Of a stretch of 64,000 nucleotides of DNA, positions 50,001-62,763 are shown in pieces. Position 1 is the first letter of the stretch, and the number at the start of each line of letters is the position of its first letter. Position numbers and translations under genes: made by a program. The notes beneath the pieces are model-generated. The model was not told where the DNA came from. It ran no database searches and saw only the letters and a program-made list of their open reading frames with translations. The DNA lies in contig CM082583.2 in NCBI GenBank assembly GCA_040954595.2, positions 13,297,864-13,361,863 of the forward strand, in the 5' to 3' direction. Source of the stretch: Balanoglossus misakiensis (lineage: Eukaryota; Animalia; Hemichordata).

Positions 50001-50077
50001 ACTGGAACGAGGTGATGCAGCCTCGTGCGCGGGAAACGGCAAGATGGCATTCTATACTTCCTGTCAGCAAATACTGA
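47031..50077 (+). CDS. SYT: Synaptotagmin family protein (N-terminal TM + tandem C2A/C2B), predicted Ca2+-independent
   Basis: Exons 47031-47893 (TM YVLGACAAIFSFLFVLGCILCW; C2A ...DTFVKLYLLP...EPEFNENFQF), 48039-48210 (GEIFVLLQY) and 49764-50077 (DHYVIV...PVWNEPFLFDV...HWNEVM...ARWHSI). Phases 0 and 1 are consistent. Subtype not assigned. Confidence 0.9.
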
Positions 50078-51703
50078 GAATAGAACATTGCGGATTGATG
50101 ACACAACGTGTCAACTGACACAAGAGTGCTGTGAAAATAATGAAGGTGACTGTCGAAAAGAAGACGGATCGATGCAGTCTCCACATCACTTCGAGCGCCG
50201 TACTGCAATGTGACTAGGCTGTTCGACGTAAATGAACAGTGTTTGATAAAGGTTACTTAGAAAGAAAAAAAGACATTTTCGAGCAATAATCTCACCACTA
50301 GTCTGACTACAGAGAGGATTTGTTAATTTGAATTGGACAGGCCATCTTACTCTGTACACATTTAAGTCGACCTTATCAGGACTCTGCTAGTCTTATCAGA
50401 ATAGAACATCAAACAAATATGTGGATAAATTTCCTAGATATTTCGGTCTTATTATGCATATAATTTCCAAATCATTGACTCCATTGCTCGGTGTTTTTTT
50501 TCAATTGTCCCGGTAATAGACACGTTGGAGAGAACTATAATCGTGAGTGCGCCCTCAACCGATGCACAAATAATTACTTTGAAAATTACACGACAGTATT
50601 TTACAATGAGCTTCAATGTAGGAGAAATCTAACTTTTATATACACATGATACGTTTTCTTGAATGTGGCATTCGAGTTGTGATACTACTACTAGTATTAT
50701 ATTTTATATCATCATCACAATCTGATATATTATTTACAGATCGCGACGGGACATTTTTTTCTGTCTAGAAAAATTATCAAATTAATACTAAATACAAAGT
50801 ATAATACTAATGTTAATACACAGAGCATGGTTTCAGTTTCAAACGTCATCACTTCTAGTATATTACCAATTTCATTGCGTTATACTTTAATTATTCGTTA
50901 TTTAAAAAATAACTACGATAATTTAACTGCATACTGCGTACGGTAGTTGATGTTGATTCAAATCTTTAGTCAATTATTTTTGAATGAGATAACAGTTTCT
51001 TTTTCATATTTCAATAACTATAGTATTTCAAAGTTACTCCTGTTTGGGTTCAAGGTATATGGTCACATATGCAAGTTTGTATCAGTTATCACGGATAGTG
51101 GAAATAGTCAGTAGCCAATCGCAGATTTTTACTTGGATGGCCATGCAAAAAAGTTGCGCCACCACATGATCATTTGAAGACGTATACACGCCATTCTTAA
51201 CCATACATGCTAATTTGAGGTGATTTTATTCCTTTAAAGTTTCTCCGAGTATAACACTTTCACTACACTGCTGATTCATTGACGTCATTGAAACAATGTC
51301 TTCGTTTAACCAGTATTTTCTGTAAAATAGGTTATCGATCTACATGAAAACTACTTTTGGCAGATATTTACACAAACACATTTATGAACTGATACCAAAG
51401 AGGATTTCTTCTTGTCGTCACAGTGTTTAAAATAGTTTATGTTGTGTTCCTTGCGAACAGTACTGGATCAAGTATCGCGGCCATATTGTCGGAATAATTT
51501 TGAATGAGTATTACATATTTATGACCAGATTTTAGAGCTTTATGAATAAAGTATATATTCATGTTTAATCAGTGAGTCTATCTGTTATTTACGTGTACAG
51601 TAATAACTGTTTGTGGGTCTTGTTTGTTTGTTTACGGTACTTTTCATTTTGTTACATTATTTATGGTTGCAACGACTGCAGTGCGAATTTAGGAAATATG
51701 ACG

Positions 51704-54657
51704 TCATTGCAAAATTTTGCCAGCAAGAAACAGCAAAACTACCAAAATATATGCAACTTTGTGATTGCATGCCGATGATATTACGTGAACGTCTTCAAGT
51801 ACGATGTCCATTTCGTCTCCCGTTTTAGTCATAACGATGTAGTAGAATTTGTCTTCCTTTGAGATTTCCAATTTGAGTTCGGCGCTTGTAGTGTCTGAAG
51901 GCTCGCCTCCCCAACCATCAGTGCACTTCACAGGAGTGACCTTGACAGTGACCGCGTTGCTGTCACTGTAATCTGTGACCGAGAAATTGTAGCAGTCCGC
52001 CTGAACCACACTGCCGGAAACTCGAAGTTTGTCGCCACCATCTTCATTTGGTTCGATGTACACTTCTCCGTCATGACCGAGATAGATTCTAATTCCGTCA
52101 AAGACGGTTTTCAGATTGCTGACTCCAGAACTGCGGACGTAGATCTCAAGCCCTGCGCCAGGATTGAAGTTATAACGTCTTTCCATCGGGACGAACTGGA
52201 CACGTCCGTGGATTTCCGTTGGCACAGAAGATGGTTTATACTCATTTTCACTTTGAATGAACCCTCCACGATGAAAACCCGCCAGACCCGCACCTTCCAG
52301 ACTGAGATAAGCGTGATCGCCAACCGCACCACTCATCAATCCATTCCATGATTCCACGTCCCACAGTCTGTCCCTTTCGACGGTGACATTTTCGTGCTCC
52401 TTGAGAGCGTCTAAAAACCTGTCCATGATTGTATCTGGCAAGTCGTAGTATACGCGTCTGGGGTCACCGTTTTTGCGCAATGCCACTAAACCGTCCATGT
52501 CCACCTGGTCTCCCGTTCCGTGCCATACTGTTATGGAGTAATCCTCGCGCAGTCCCAACAGCCAAACGAACTTCTGCCATGACGTTATGCACCAGAGAGC
52601 GCGAACAGGGAAGGTGACAGGGTTGTGTAGTGGAAACGTGTAGAGCAGATTGTCGTAAATCATGGTCCACGAGTACATGTCTTCTTCGGGTGGTGCCCAT
52701 GGCAACCCGGCGTTTGTGGTCCAACCCAGCGACATGACAGTCATCGGAAATATTCGGTTGCAGGTGGTAATGAACTCGACCGGGGCGATGGGATCACTCT
52801 CCGAGTTCGGGCCCCGGGCGATATCGGCGTTCACCCACAGGGGTTGATGGATCCTCGCTTCCATGTCTTTGACAATATTCATGGATATTTCAACAGCTTC
52901 AATTTGTTTGAAATCTAGTTTCATGCCCTTGTCTGTTTCTGTGATATTGTACACCCATTCTTCTAGTGTGATGTCACTGTATATAATGGGTGGATGGGCC
53001 ATTATTGGCGTGTCGGTTTCATTTGGTGTTCCCATCCCTTCTAAAATAATATCTCCCTCCAGCATCATCGTATCATCTACAAGTAAAGCAAACGCACGAT
53101 GCAATTTTATTTTAAGGACAAGAGCGAGAAGAAATCTAACAATTAACGGGCGAAGCGTAGCCGAGCACGCTTACAGCTTTCTTGTTTGGCGTGTTGTATT
53201 TTCTTGTTAAAACGATTTCAATTGTCAGATGTACTGCATACGATCGATACATGGGCTTGCAAACGGTTTATATCGAATATTAATTGGACAGGTGAGACAC
53301 GTAGCCCAAATAGACCAATGAAATTGTCACATTCCGTTGACGCGTAATAGGTATGTACATGTATGTAAATTCACCATTGAGTGCGTTTTCCAGTTCTCTT
53401 TGGCTATTCACTCCATGCGCCCAGACAATGTGTATTCCATCGCCATTTTCCACCTCGAAATAGTCCACAATATTCACGATCGTATTTGAACACAGGCAAG
53501 TTCCTTCTGAAAAGAGAAGAGTGATTCAAGGAGGCATATTCGATTCCATTTTTATCTCCTCAATATTTCCAGATTATCAAGTACTGTGAGCGCAATCTCA
53601 ACTCGCACCATATCTCCCATCTTTGCTGGTGTTGAGTGCAATGAGACACAGTATAATGGGGCGAGAGGCAAGTATTAGACAATGTTCAAACGGATAGGTT
53701 ATCTCATAAAAGGGTGTTCCATCTTTAAATGATTGGTACGATAATAGCCTAAATGTTATTATTGATTTTTTCATATTAATTAATATATTACCCTCAATCC
53801 AAGCCATACGAACAAGGTATGGCCATGAAATTCTACTGGCTGGTTCTACTGGTTGAACTTCTAATGGCTCATGCACGAAAATAGCCTTAACATAGAGGAT
53901 TGTTCCTATTAATATATGACCCTTAATCTAGTAGGCCATGCAAACAGGGTAATGGTAATGGCTCGTGTACGAATTTTCAAATCCATGAGATTTAATGGCT
54001 AGCCCCATATCATTAAAATAAAGGAAACAGGAACTTCAATTATTGGTAATTAAGTAGGCGATCTCATTGCATATCATTATTTGAAGACGGAATCGTGTAA
54101 ATACCAGAAGCGATTTGACTGAACCGTGATAGTTTAACGGTGATCGCACTTCACAGATATAACCATTTACGGCAGCCGTGTCACTTCGATATGGGTACCG
54201 CTACTATCTGGACTTTGCAACTTGGTTGACAAGTTCGACTTGTCCAAACTCTACGAAAATGGCATCTTAAAGTGCCCATTCAATTAAAGCTGACTTCATC
54301 AGCGCTAGCCCCACATCATATTATTGTGTTTGATTTTTATATCATTTGCGCATTTTACATAAAACACGCTATTCATGCAGTAAAGGGCTGCAATGCTTTC
54401 ACAAAGTCTCCACTAGTCTGATCTCTGGTAACGCTAATGAAAACAAGGCCACGCATCATATCTTCACGATCTTCGTGCTAGATGGACACCCCAAAACTCA
54501 AATCTGTATCACTGATAATGTTTGCAATCACGGCTACTCTACAAAACAGTGACCGTGTTGCAATCACCAGACCGCAAATGTACAACTCACCGGTATTCCC
54601 GATGGAAGACAGAGTCGCTGTCGCCAACAGCAACACCGAAAGCACAGTGAGACCCAT
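51704..54657 (-). CDS. FAM151: FAM151/menorin-like (DUF2181) cell-surface protein, ~523 aa
   Basis: Exons 54657-54591 (signal peptide MGLTVLSVLLLATATLSS), 53506-53375 (IVWAHGVNS) and 53076-51704 (MLEGDI, PIMAHPP, GMKLDFK, PLWVNADI, SLGWTT, VTFPVRA, VYYDL, hydrophobic C-terminal tail). Total 1572 nt in frame. Confidence 0.88.
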
Positions 54658-55503
54658 GATAGCCTGATTTCGGCCAGAGACTCGCCACACAAGTCAAAAT
54701 CTCACTATTTCTGACAAGATAGGTATTTGTGAAGTATCAGATAAGACAGATGGACTTTAACTGATCGGTACAAACGGTGACTGCTGCGCAATAGTCGGTC
54801 ACGTCACAGTGCAAATGTACAGATATCAAACAGCCGGGTTTCTGGCCAATAATGCGGGTTTCCCGCAATCTGAAGACTACCTCTTTTAATTAAGTAAATA
54901 AACCGTGTTAGTTTAGTTTTTCAGTCACGTGAGATGAATGGGCGGATACCCGTATCCAAGACTGTTGGCAATGGACAACTGATTTCGACGGGCGGCGCGG
55001 CGTTCTTCAAGTCTCGGCGAGACACGTCCGAGAATGACGTGCATCCACTGCTATGCATGTGGAAACTTTCATGAACCTCATATAAAAAATACATTGTTTT
55101 GCTAACCAATGTGTGTGCGGCGAATCGTAGATAATTACAGAACAACTCAAGCCTCATTGATATAGTCGACGACAATAATGGTAAGCTTCATAGAAGAAGG
55201 CTTTTTTCAGCCCAAACGGCCGAGTTTTCACCCAAATGGTAACATCTAGTGCTTACCCCTCCCCTTAACCACAGAAACATGTCTTTGTACTTACGTATTT
55301 CCTACGAAGAACACGTTTCTTTTCGTTGTGACTTGCTTGAGCGCGAAGACAGACAGACATCTTGCCAAGATTCACTGTAGAAACTGACCTACGGACCAAA
55401 ATCACACGTGGTGTCTGAACGCTCCTCGAACACGTACTGAATCATCTTTGCAACGAGGCTCACTTGACTTGCCACGCCAGGTGGTGATCACAAATTGTAT
55501 TAG

Positions 55504-55569
55504 CCAATAGCCGCTGTGATTCCAACAGGTGGTCATGAGTATAACGCCCCCACCGGTACAGCTATAAAA
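55504..55569 (+). promoter_or_regulatory. CCAAT/GC-box/TATA promoter upstream of the PTS-like gene
   Basis: agCCAATag at 55504-55508, acgccccc at about 55544 and TATAAAAG from 55563. Confidence 0.4.
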
Positions 55570-55928
55570 GTTGGCTCTGCATGTTCAACATACTTCAGTG
55601 CCATATTCCCAAAAGAACAGTGAATAGAAGTCGATACCAATGACACCATCCCCACTTTTTACCCCCAAAAGATACATGTAGGTGTAGAGAAACGGTTTGC
55701 CTCCAAGCATTACTAACGCGGATTTATATATAGCGATAAAATCTGCTGACATCAGAAAAGGGGTCTGTTGCGTGACAACTTTCACCATATTTGTCCCTGG
55801 ACACGTCATACCAGTAGTTTTCTAGAACCGTTCCAAAAACGCCACCATGCGACAAATGAACTCGAAAGCAAAATGTATACCTATTGGCACTGCTGACAAA
55901 AACCGGAAACAATATGGGCCGTAAATAA

Positions 55929-58611
55929 ATGCGGGTGGTGGCATGGCAACCTCCAGGCGGAGTCGACAGACGAGAAGAAGTTCGCGAACAGAATCAATCA
56001 CATGAGTGAGCTGTGTGTGTGTGTGTGTTGAGTCACCGCATCATCGCATGTCCACCGCATCGAGGTAGTTGCAGTTCGGATTTCTATTAGAGAGCAACCA
56101 AGCTTTCTGTGTCTGTGTTGGCGCCAATTCAGTCCGAATCTGTGAAAATAATGGCATTTAGAGATAAAGTCGACGGTGTACGCGATGGCATTTCCTCCAC
56201 CGAAGAGTGCGCCATGCCGAGTAACTTGCCCATTCCAAGTTGTCTAAGGTAAGAGACTATCAGCGACAATCAATGAAGATCCAAACTTTCATTGTCGTTA
56301 ATGCGAAGATGAGTTTCTTTTGTCGTATTTTAATACTTTATCGAACACGTCAAATGTGATTGGCCAGATACTAAAATTGGCCAGTACAACAAATATTGTT
56401 GACAAGTTCGCTCTTCAAATGTGGTTGTAAGAATGATTCCATATTCCGTTTATCAAATGCTGCTCTTTTAATATATCAAAAGTACTCATTTTCGTTGTCA
56501 TGGCGTGATTACTTTGCCATGTTCCGGCGCCCGCATGACAGCACGTAACGCCTTATACTGAGATGAAACAGACTTTTTCGACGGGAATAATATGCTTGTT
56601 TCTACAATTCCACAGCTTTCAACTCTTTTGTATCATTTCTTCAGTTGCTGATTCGAAAAATCAAATATGTATTAAGTCAGATGTTTTATTTGGCAAATGC
56701 ATCCCCATTTTAATATTTTAGTTAAAAAATGCCGAGTTTTGAAATCTTTAAGGATTTTTCTGTTCCTACCCGTCTGTCATGCCAGATTTAGTTTTGAACA
56801 TGGGCTGGTAAACATATATATAGCAATTCATAAAATTTCTCTCCTGAACACGCAACGACACGGATGCGGGCAAGTAACTTCGTCGAGGGAAATTACTGTT
56901 TGGAAAATGAAGAACGAAACATATGTTCGCCAGAGTGCAAATCATAAGAGACCGTGCTTCACAACGGAGAATGGAACGGAAGCGAATTCAATTTAATTTC
57001 AATTTCGCCATGTATATACACAAACCAAGATGGTGAATTAATGAGGGCTTCAAAATGGGCTATTTTCTCTTTGATTGTTAGATTGACGCATATTATCCTT
57101 CAATTAAATCACAGTGAAATGAACTCGAATATAGGCGACCGTTTCAATTCAAAACCAAGATGGCAAATACAACAATAGACCTAACACGGCCCCAGGTCAA
57201 ACGAGCCCACCGTTCAATTATTTGCAATCGGTCTGAATGTTGCGGGATTTTTTTTACAGATCACAAACAGTCGACCGAACAGAAGTCGATTTGCCTAAAG
57301 GGTCCTACAGCACTTGTGAAAACCCGACTGACTTTGGTCCTGATATTAGAGGTAAGTGGACGTGGACCCACGCCTACCCAACTCGCAAATTGTGTTTTGT
57401 TTCACATCACAACTAGAAAGCAACTGCGACAGTATGACGTTAGATCCGACGTGGGTGACATGATCTTTTCCTCCGTCTTTCAATAAGAACTTTTTTCGTT
57501 TCTTTGCAGTTGAAGTAGTCGTTAGGAGTCAGGTGAGTTATCAGAAACCGAATCGGTGTGAAGATGGGTGAATATTTGCCACGGTATTCGGTATACGCCA
57601 TAAGTCGACACCATCAATGTTAGAGACCCTCAGTCCGACCCTTAGAAAGACCCAATGCATCATTAATTATCGTAGCATATCGTGCGAGAACATGAGATCG
57701 AAAGACTGGTCCATACGCATCGTACCCGCAGAAAGTAAAATCAGGACTCATAAAACATTATTTGATATTGTCTGCCGCAATAAAAAGCAAAATAAGCTCT
57801 TTTAATATCGGGCGAGTGTGAAGATTTTCAATGGTATATGCATAGCTCGCGTGACACATATAAGTTATGAGATGTATCTAGGGATGAGGTATTAAATGTA
57901 AATTTAGTCATAACGCGGTACATTTTTATCGCTTAAAAGAGATTATAATTTCAACCAACGTTTTTGCGCCGGTAGGAACTGGCGCAATCGCCTCGATGAA
58001 TCGACCAAGTGAACCTTTTCAGAAAATTTGATCATCATCGTGTTTTATACTTTGGGGGCCAGTCGAGCGAGTTCTTCGTGTTTGTTTGTTTGTTTATAAA
58101 ATGCTAGGTTCGGGGAAAAAACGTAAAGCGCTTGTCTGTTGCTTTGATGTTTGTGGTTGATATTCCCCTCTACTTTCAATGGTTTAACACTCAATTGTGT
58201 TTTACCTCTTTTCCAATGATGTCTTCTGTTTCGAATTTTCCCAGTTGGACACTAATCGCGGCGGCGTGTCGTTGGACAATTCAGAGCTGCAGAAATGTAT
58301 GAAGGTAAGTGAGAATTTGAATGCCGGGTAAAGAACATTAAGCTGACAACTGACCAATAGTATTAATAGTAATGTGATGTGATGCAGATATTAAAATGCG
58401 TATATCGTTTTGTTGTTTCATGTAGAGAGCGTTTGTGGAACCACAGGAGCGACCAGGCGAATGCTCCCAACCATACTGCGATGCTGTTGTCAGTACTTTG
58501 GAGAACGTGGCAACCTTCATCTGGCAGAGAATGGAATCACTGCTTCCCGATGGATCGCTCTACGAAGTCATGGTGTCCGACGCCAAGAATGTGGTGTGCT
58601 ACCGTGGATGA
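55929..58611 (+). CDS. PTS: 6-pyruvoyl-tetrahydropterin synthase-like protein (divergent, probably catalytically inactive), 145-152 aa
   Basis: Exon 1a 55929-56005 or exon 1b 56151-56248 (both phase 2), then 57260-57351, 57510-57532 (23 bp), 58245-58304 and 58426-58611. All GT-AG, frame open throughout. C-terminus VVSTLENVATFIWQRMESLLPDGSLYEVMVSDAKNVVCYRG aligns with the PTS C-terminus [43 protein letters not shown] (recalled). AATAAA at 58736-58741. Confidence 0.85.
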
Positions 58612-59171
58612 ACTAATCAACACGGAGATTTTGCAGAAACAAGGGCCGATAACAAAAGCCTGTCACAGAACATATGTCGATGCTGATGCTGAATTGAACT
58701 CATGTTTGACATATTTTTCCTCTCTGAGAAACCGAAATAAATGTAATACTAATTTAATTATGGTATTTTTCCATGTATGGTGGAACAATATTGACGCTCT
58801 ATGGGAATCACTATCGCGCGTAGTTTTGTACCAACTTGAAGTCCGAGGTGGATTTATCGCCTCAGAATCAATGCAACCTTCAAATACAGTTCCAACGTCA
58901 ACGTGGATTTATTGTACCACTTTAACATTGCTCTGGTCGTAAAATGGTGGATTGGAGTTTTTGACACGCATATTTTCAAGTTGCGTGACAGTTTCTTTTA
59001 TCAGCAACAAAGGTATCTTCACATGTTCAACCCACGAGGGCATATTTTCACATCACAATACATGATTTGGTGAAATGATATCAAGAAAAGCATTGGAGAA
59101 AACTGTCACCTGCAGCATCTTAGTATCATAGCTGCAATATCTTAGCACTCTTCGTCAACATTTTGCCTGGT

Positions 59172-59245
59172 ACACACATCACACACATCCATCCATCCAT
59201 ACATACATATGCCTACACACACATGCACACACACACATACACACA
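59172..59245. repeat. Compound (CA)n/(CATC)n/(CATA)n microsatellite
   Basis: acacacatcacacacatccatccatccatacatacatatgcctacacacacatgcacacacacacatacacaca. Confidence 0.85.
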
Positions 59246-62200
59246 TTTATAGAATGACAAATTCATCTTGGATGAATTTTATTTACCATTAATTTCAACA
59301 CCACACTGTCTACATAAAATGCAAAATCACGGTGTAATCAATCATAAAATCAAAGTAACACAAAAGAATTCCACAATAAAAAATGCTATGATGTGGCTAT
59401 CATTCCAGCAACGTGCAAAATTGTACAGCTATAGTTACCAAGACTCAAAAAAGAGAGAATGAAATGGTTACACAATAAGTGATGGTTTTCCAGACTGTTG
59501 GTCTTTCTTGTCTGGACTTGTAATCGGATTCAAAATGTCACAACATAGTGCGCCCTCTACGGCAATGGGCTCCAGCGCTGCATTATCAGCGCTTCATAGT
59601 ACTGATTCTCAAGAAAGCAAAATGACTCTGTCAAAATTGTCTCAAAAGAGGCGAAAATTAATCAATAGAGAGCGCACTGACGGACCACCATCACTTGTGT
59701 GTGAAACAACATGCTCTGGTCCCTAGTACAAAGTGCCATCTTCAGATTAAACACTGACAAATGCTGTTATGCTGTTGTCAAAAGAATTATATGCCCACAA
59801 ATCAGCTGAAGCTTGTTTCATGGTAAAAGTTTAACAATCCAAGAAAATATGAAACAACTATCAGTAATGATGCAAAAAATAAATCTAGTTTGTGTATAGA
59901 ATCTAAGAAGATTTCAAAGCCCCAGTGACAACATTTCAAATACATTTTTTTCAATGCATACCCAGGGTAGCTTTAATAAGCTATCACTGTTAATGTTTTA
60001 GTCATGTCCAATCTACTCAACTCAACTAGGTCAAACTGGGTACAGTCCTTATGTTTTGAGGTAAGGTCTGGCCATGAGTATACACTCTTCATTTGATTTT
60101 TACTGCAGTTCATACTATTTCTTCTCCGGTCATTTACCACAACTGCACTTTCATACTCTCGAAAAAACTTCTGTAATAGATCCGAGATCACACAGTCACC
60201 CCCTGACCTGCATTTACATCTATTTAAACATGGTCACCGATGCGTAGAAAGGTCTAGGCATTTTGCCAGGAGTCTATAACAAAAACCTTTGAAGTCAAAC
60301 TAAAAAAATGACACACGTACAAGACAGATTTTTTTATACAAAAAAGTGCATTCTAAATGGTGGAGCATGTTATTTTAAAGCCAAAGACCCTTATACCATT
60401 TTTTTGGTTTATAAAAATAGGCTCTGTTTTTATCAGTTTGCTCGATGTGTATTAATTGAATGTGTCTGAGTTTCCAGCCATGGCACAAGGTCACTAGGGG
60501 AAAGTTCACTTAAAGCTACTCTAGAAATCTGTAGTACTGAATATTTTTGGAAAAATACTCTCACATCAAAATACCATCATCAGCAAAATTGTTCAATTCC
60601 TGCAACACATTGAACATAAGCAATTCTTCAAATTGTGTCACTTAACTCGTCCTCAGATCACACGGTCATTTCATCACAAACATGATATCAGTACATACAG
60701 GTCACGCTATAGAATGTTAAGTACAAAACAGCGGATTTATAATAATGCCCATTTTGAAGTTAAAAAAAGCCATCAGTCTGTGCAATCGGATCACCTAAAT
60801 GCCAAGTTTATAATGCAAGAGTTATGATAATAAACTCATACATTTTACAGTACATATTATTGGTAAGGTATTAATGAGTCTTAGTAGAGTGCATAATAGT
60901 CAAACCAGGTGGAAACCGAATGTCTGAGTATAATTCCTGTGATAAAAAGGCTCTATCAGTTAAATAGTAATGCTTATATTAAAAGATTTCAAACCTCTAT
61001 ATTATAAACTCCATTATGTTAGTCTCACAATGATTAGTGACAGGATCTGAATACATATCGACTAATAAATGTTTTGCGTTTCTAGACTTTGTTACACTAC
61101 ACTACACTGTAACATGAACTTTCAACAGAAGAAACTAGATCTACACCAAGTATACCAAGGTCAAAGGTGGGTTGCAACCTGGTGGAAAAAAGTCAGCCTG
61201 GATAAAAATGTCTTGTTCATAAAACTACTGTAAAAACCCAACTCATTTATTTTGGTCTTCACTCATTTCAGATCAAGATTATTGTAAATATTTTTCTCTG
61301 AATTGGTTAATTTAACAAAAATGCGCAGAAAATCTTCACAGAAATATAAATTTTTGTTTGCTGTCGTAAGAATTTTCAATGACTCTGCAAAAATGAGTGA
61401 AGTCAAACATAAACAGGCGAGTCTTTATATCAGCCTGTATAATACATACAGCACCACATGAAACATATCACACCATATCAGAAAACATCATTTACAGCTA
61501 AAAAGTAACACATTCATGCAACATTAAAGTACTAATTACAATTTCATTAAAACAAATGAAAATGTATGGAAATGGTTGATATTTGAGCCAAAAAATCTGA
61601 TATCAAACAAACATAATGCTCAATGTGACCTTATCTGTTACCTGTCACGGGGAAAAGTTTCTGACTTATAATTAATATTCATTTTTTGGGTAACTGAAAT
61701 ATTCTTCAATTGCGATATTGATGCGTAACTTACCAAACAATACGGTTTATGAAAATTACACCGTATCACTATACTGTGAAGCCAATTTTCAAAGTTGTCT
61801 TGACAACAGTGTATGTTTGAAAGGTCACTGTGCCATTTCCTAATTCAGAAATGACTATGAGAATATGCCAGCACACACGGCTGGTCGCGAATTCAGCATG
61901 TTTCAGCTGGCAAGGCAACATAACTGTTTTCTGATGTGACAAGATAAGACAATATAGACATTGGCACACAGTTCACATGGATAAAAAAACTTGATTTAAA
62001 CGAAGTACCAAGTATGAAACTGTCAAACATGGCTTCTTCATTTACGTCAGTTGACATCAATTCATTTGTCCAAAAAATACCTGAGATGTAGCCCACATCC
62101 TCCTCCCCTATTTAAGGACAATACCATTGAATTAAGATTACAACACAGATCTGATATACAATTGCATGGCATTGACATTGAACTTCAGTGCACCTAGACA

Positions 62201-62763
62201 GAACACAAGGACATACACTGCAGACATTGAACTCTCTTCTGATCCCAGTTGAACACGCATACCAGCATATAAGACCTCGGGTATTTTTATACTCAGCATG
62301 ATTTCTGTATTCAAATTAGCCATTCAACCTTTCAAGAGTTCGCTATAAATTGACCCATGATGACCCCTGTACCACCACTCCTTTTAAGCATATATCTACA
62401 GCAAGTTACAAATCACAGTGGGGGGATCCATACACGGCCCTCTACGTTTCAAAGATATTGCTCAGGATAATCAACATTTTTCCAGAATTCTTTTGTCACT
62501 GCTGTTTCAGGAGAAAATATTTTCTAACTTGAGCTAGCTTTCGACAGAAGATCAGAATAGCTGATCACAAGTTGGCTCTACTTTTCTGGGGTTTTCCAGC
62601 CAAATCTTGCACTTCAAAAATTGTATTCTAATGCTTCTTTGTTTTAATAACCAGAATCAGTGATGATCTAATCATCATTAACACACATAAAATTTAATGC
62701 TATAGCATTTGTACTGTTTTGTATTTATAATGGCCCAGTAAACTAACGCCAGACTTCTGAAAT

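Noticed and set aside
50373-50399. TTATCAG[GACTCTGCTAGTC]TTATCAG
   Set aside because: It has a 7-bp direct repeat but only a 4-bp inverted repeat and lacks CA...TG ends, so it could be a chance or slippage duplication.
53144-53188. Hairpin AAGCGT...ACGCTT followed by tttcttgttt (terminator-like or Helentron 3' end)
   Set aside because: Intrinsic terminators do not apply in this eukaryotic intron, and a single short copy is too little to call a mobile element.
55937-55950. X-box-like GGTGGCATGGCAAC
   Set aside because: Falls inside candidate coding exon 1a of the PTS-like gene and downstream of the apparent TATA box, so it cannot be supported as regulatory.
58379-58942. 187-aa and 68-aa ORFs in the track
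   Set aside because: Wrong frames; the PTS-like last exon (58426-58611) is in the third frame.
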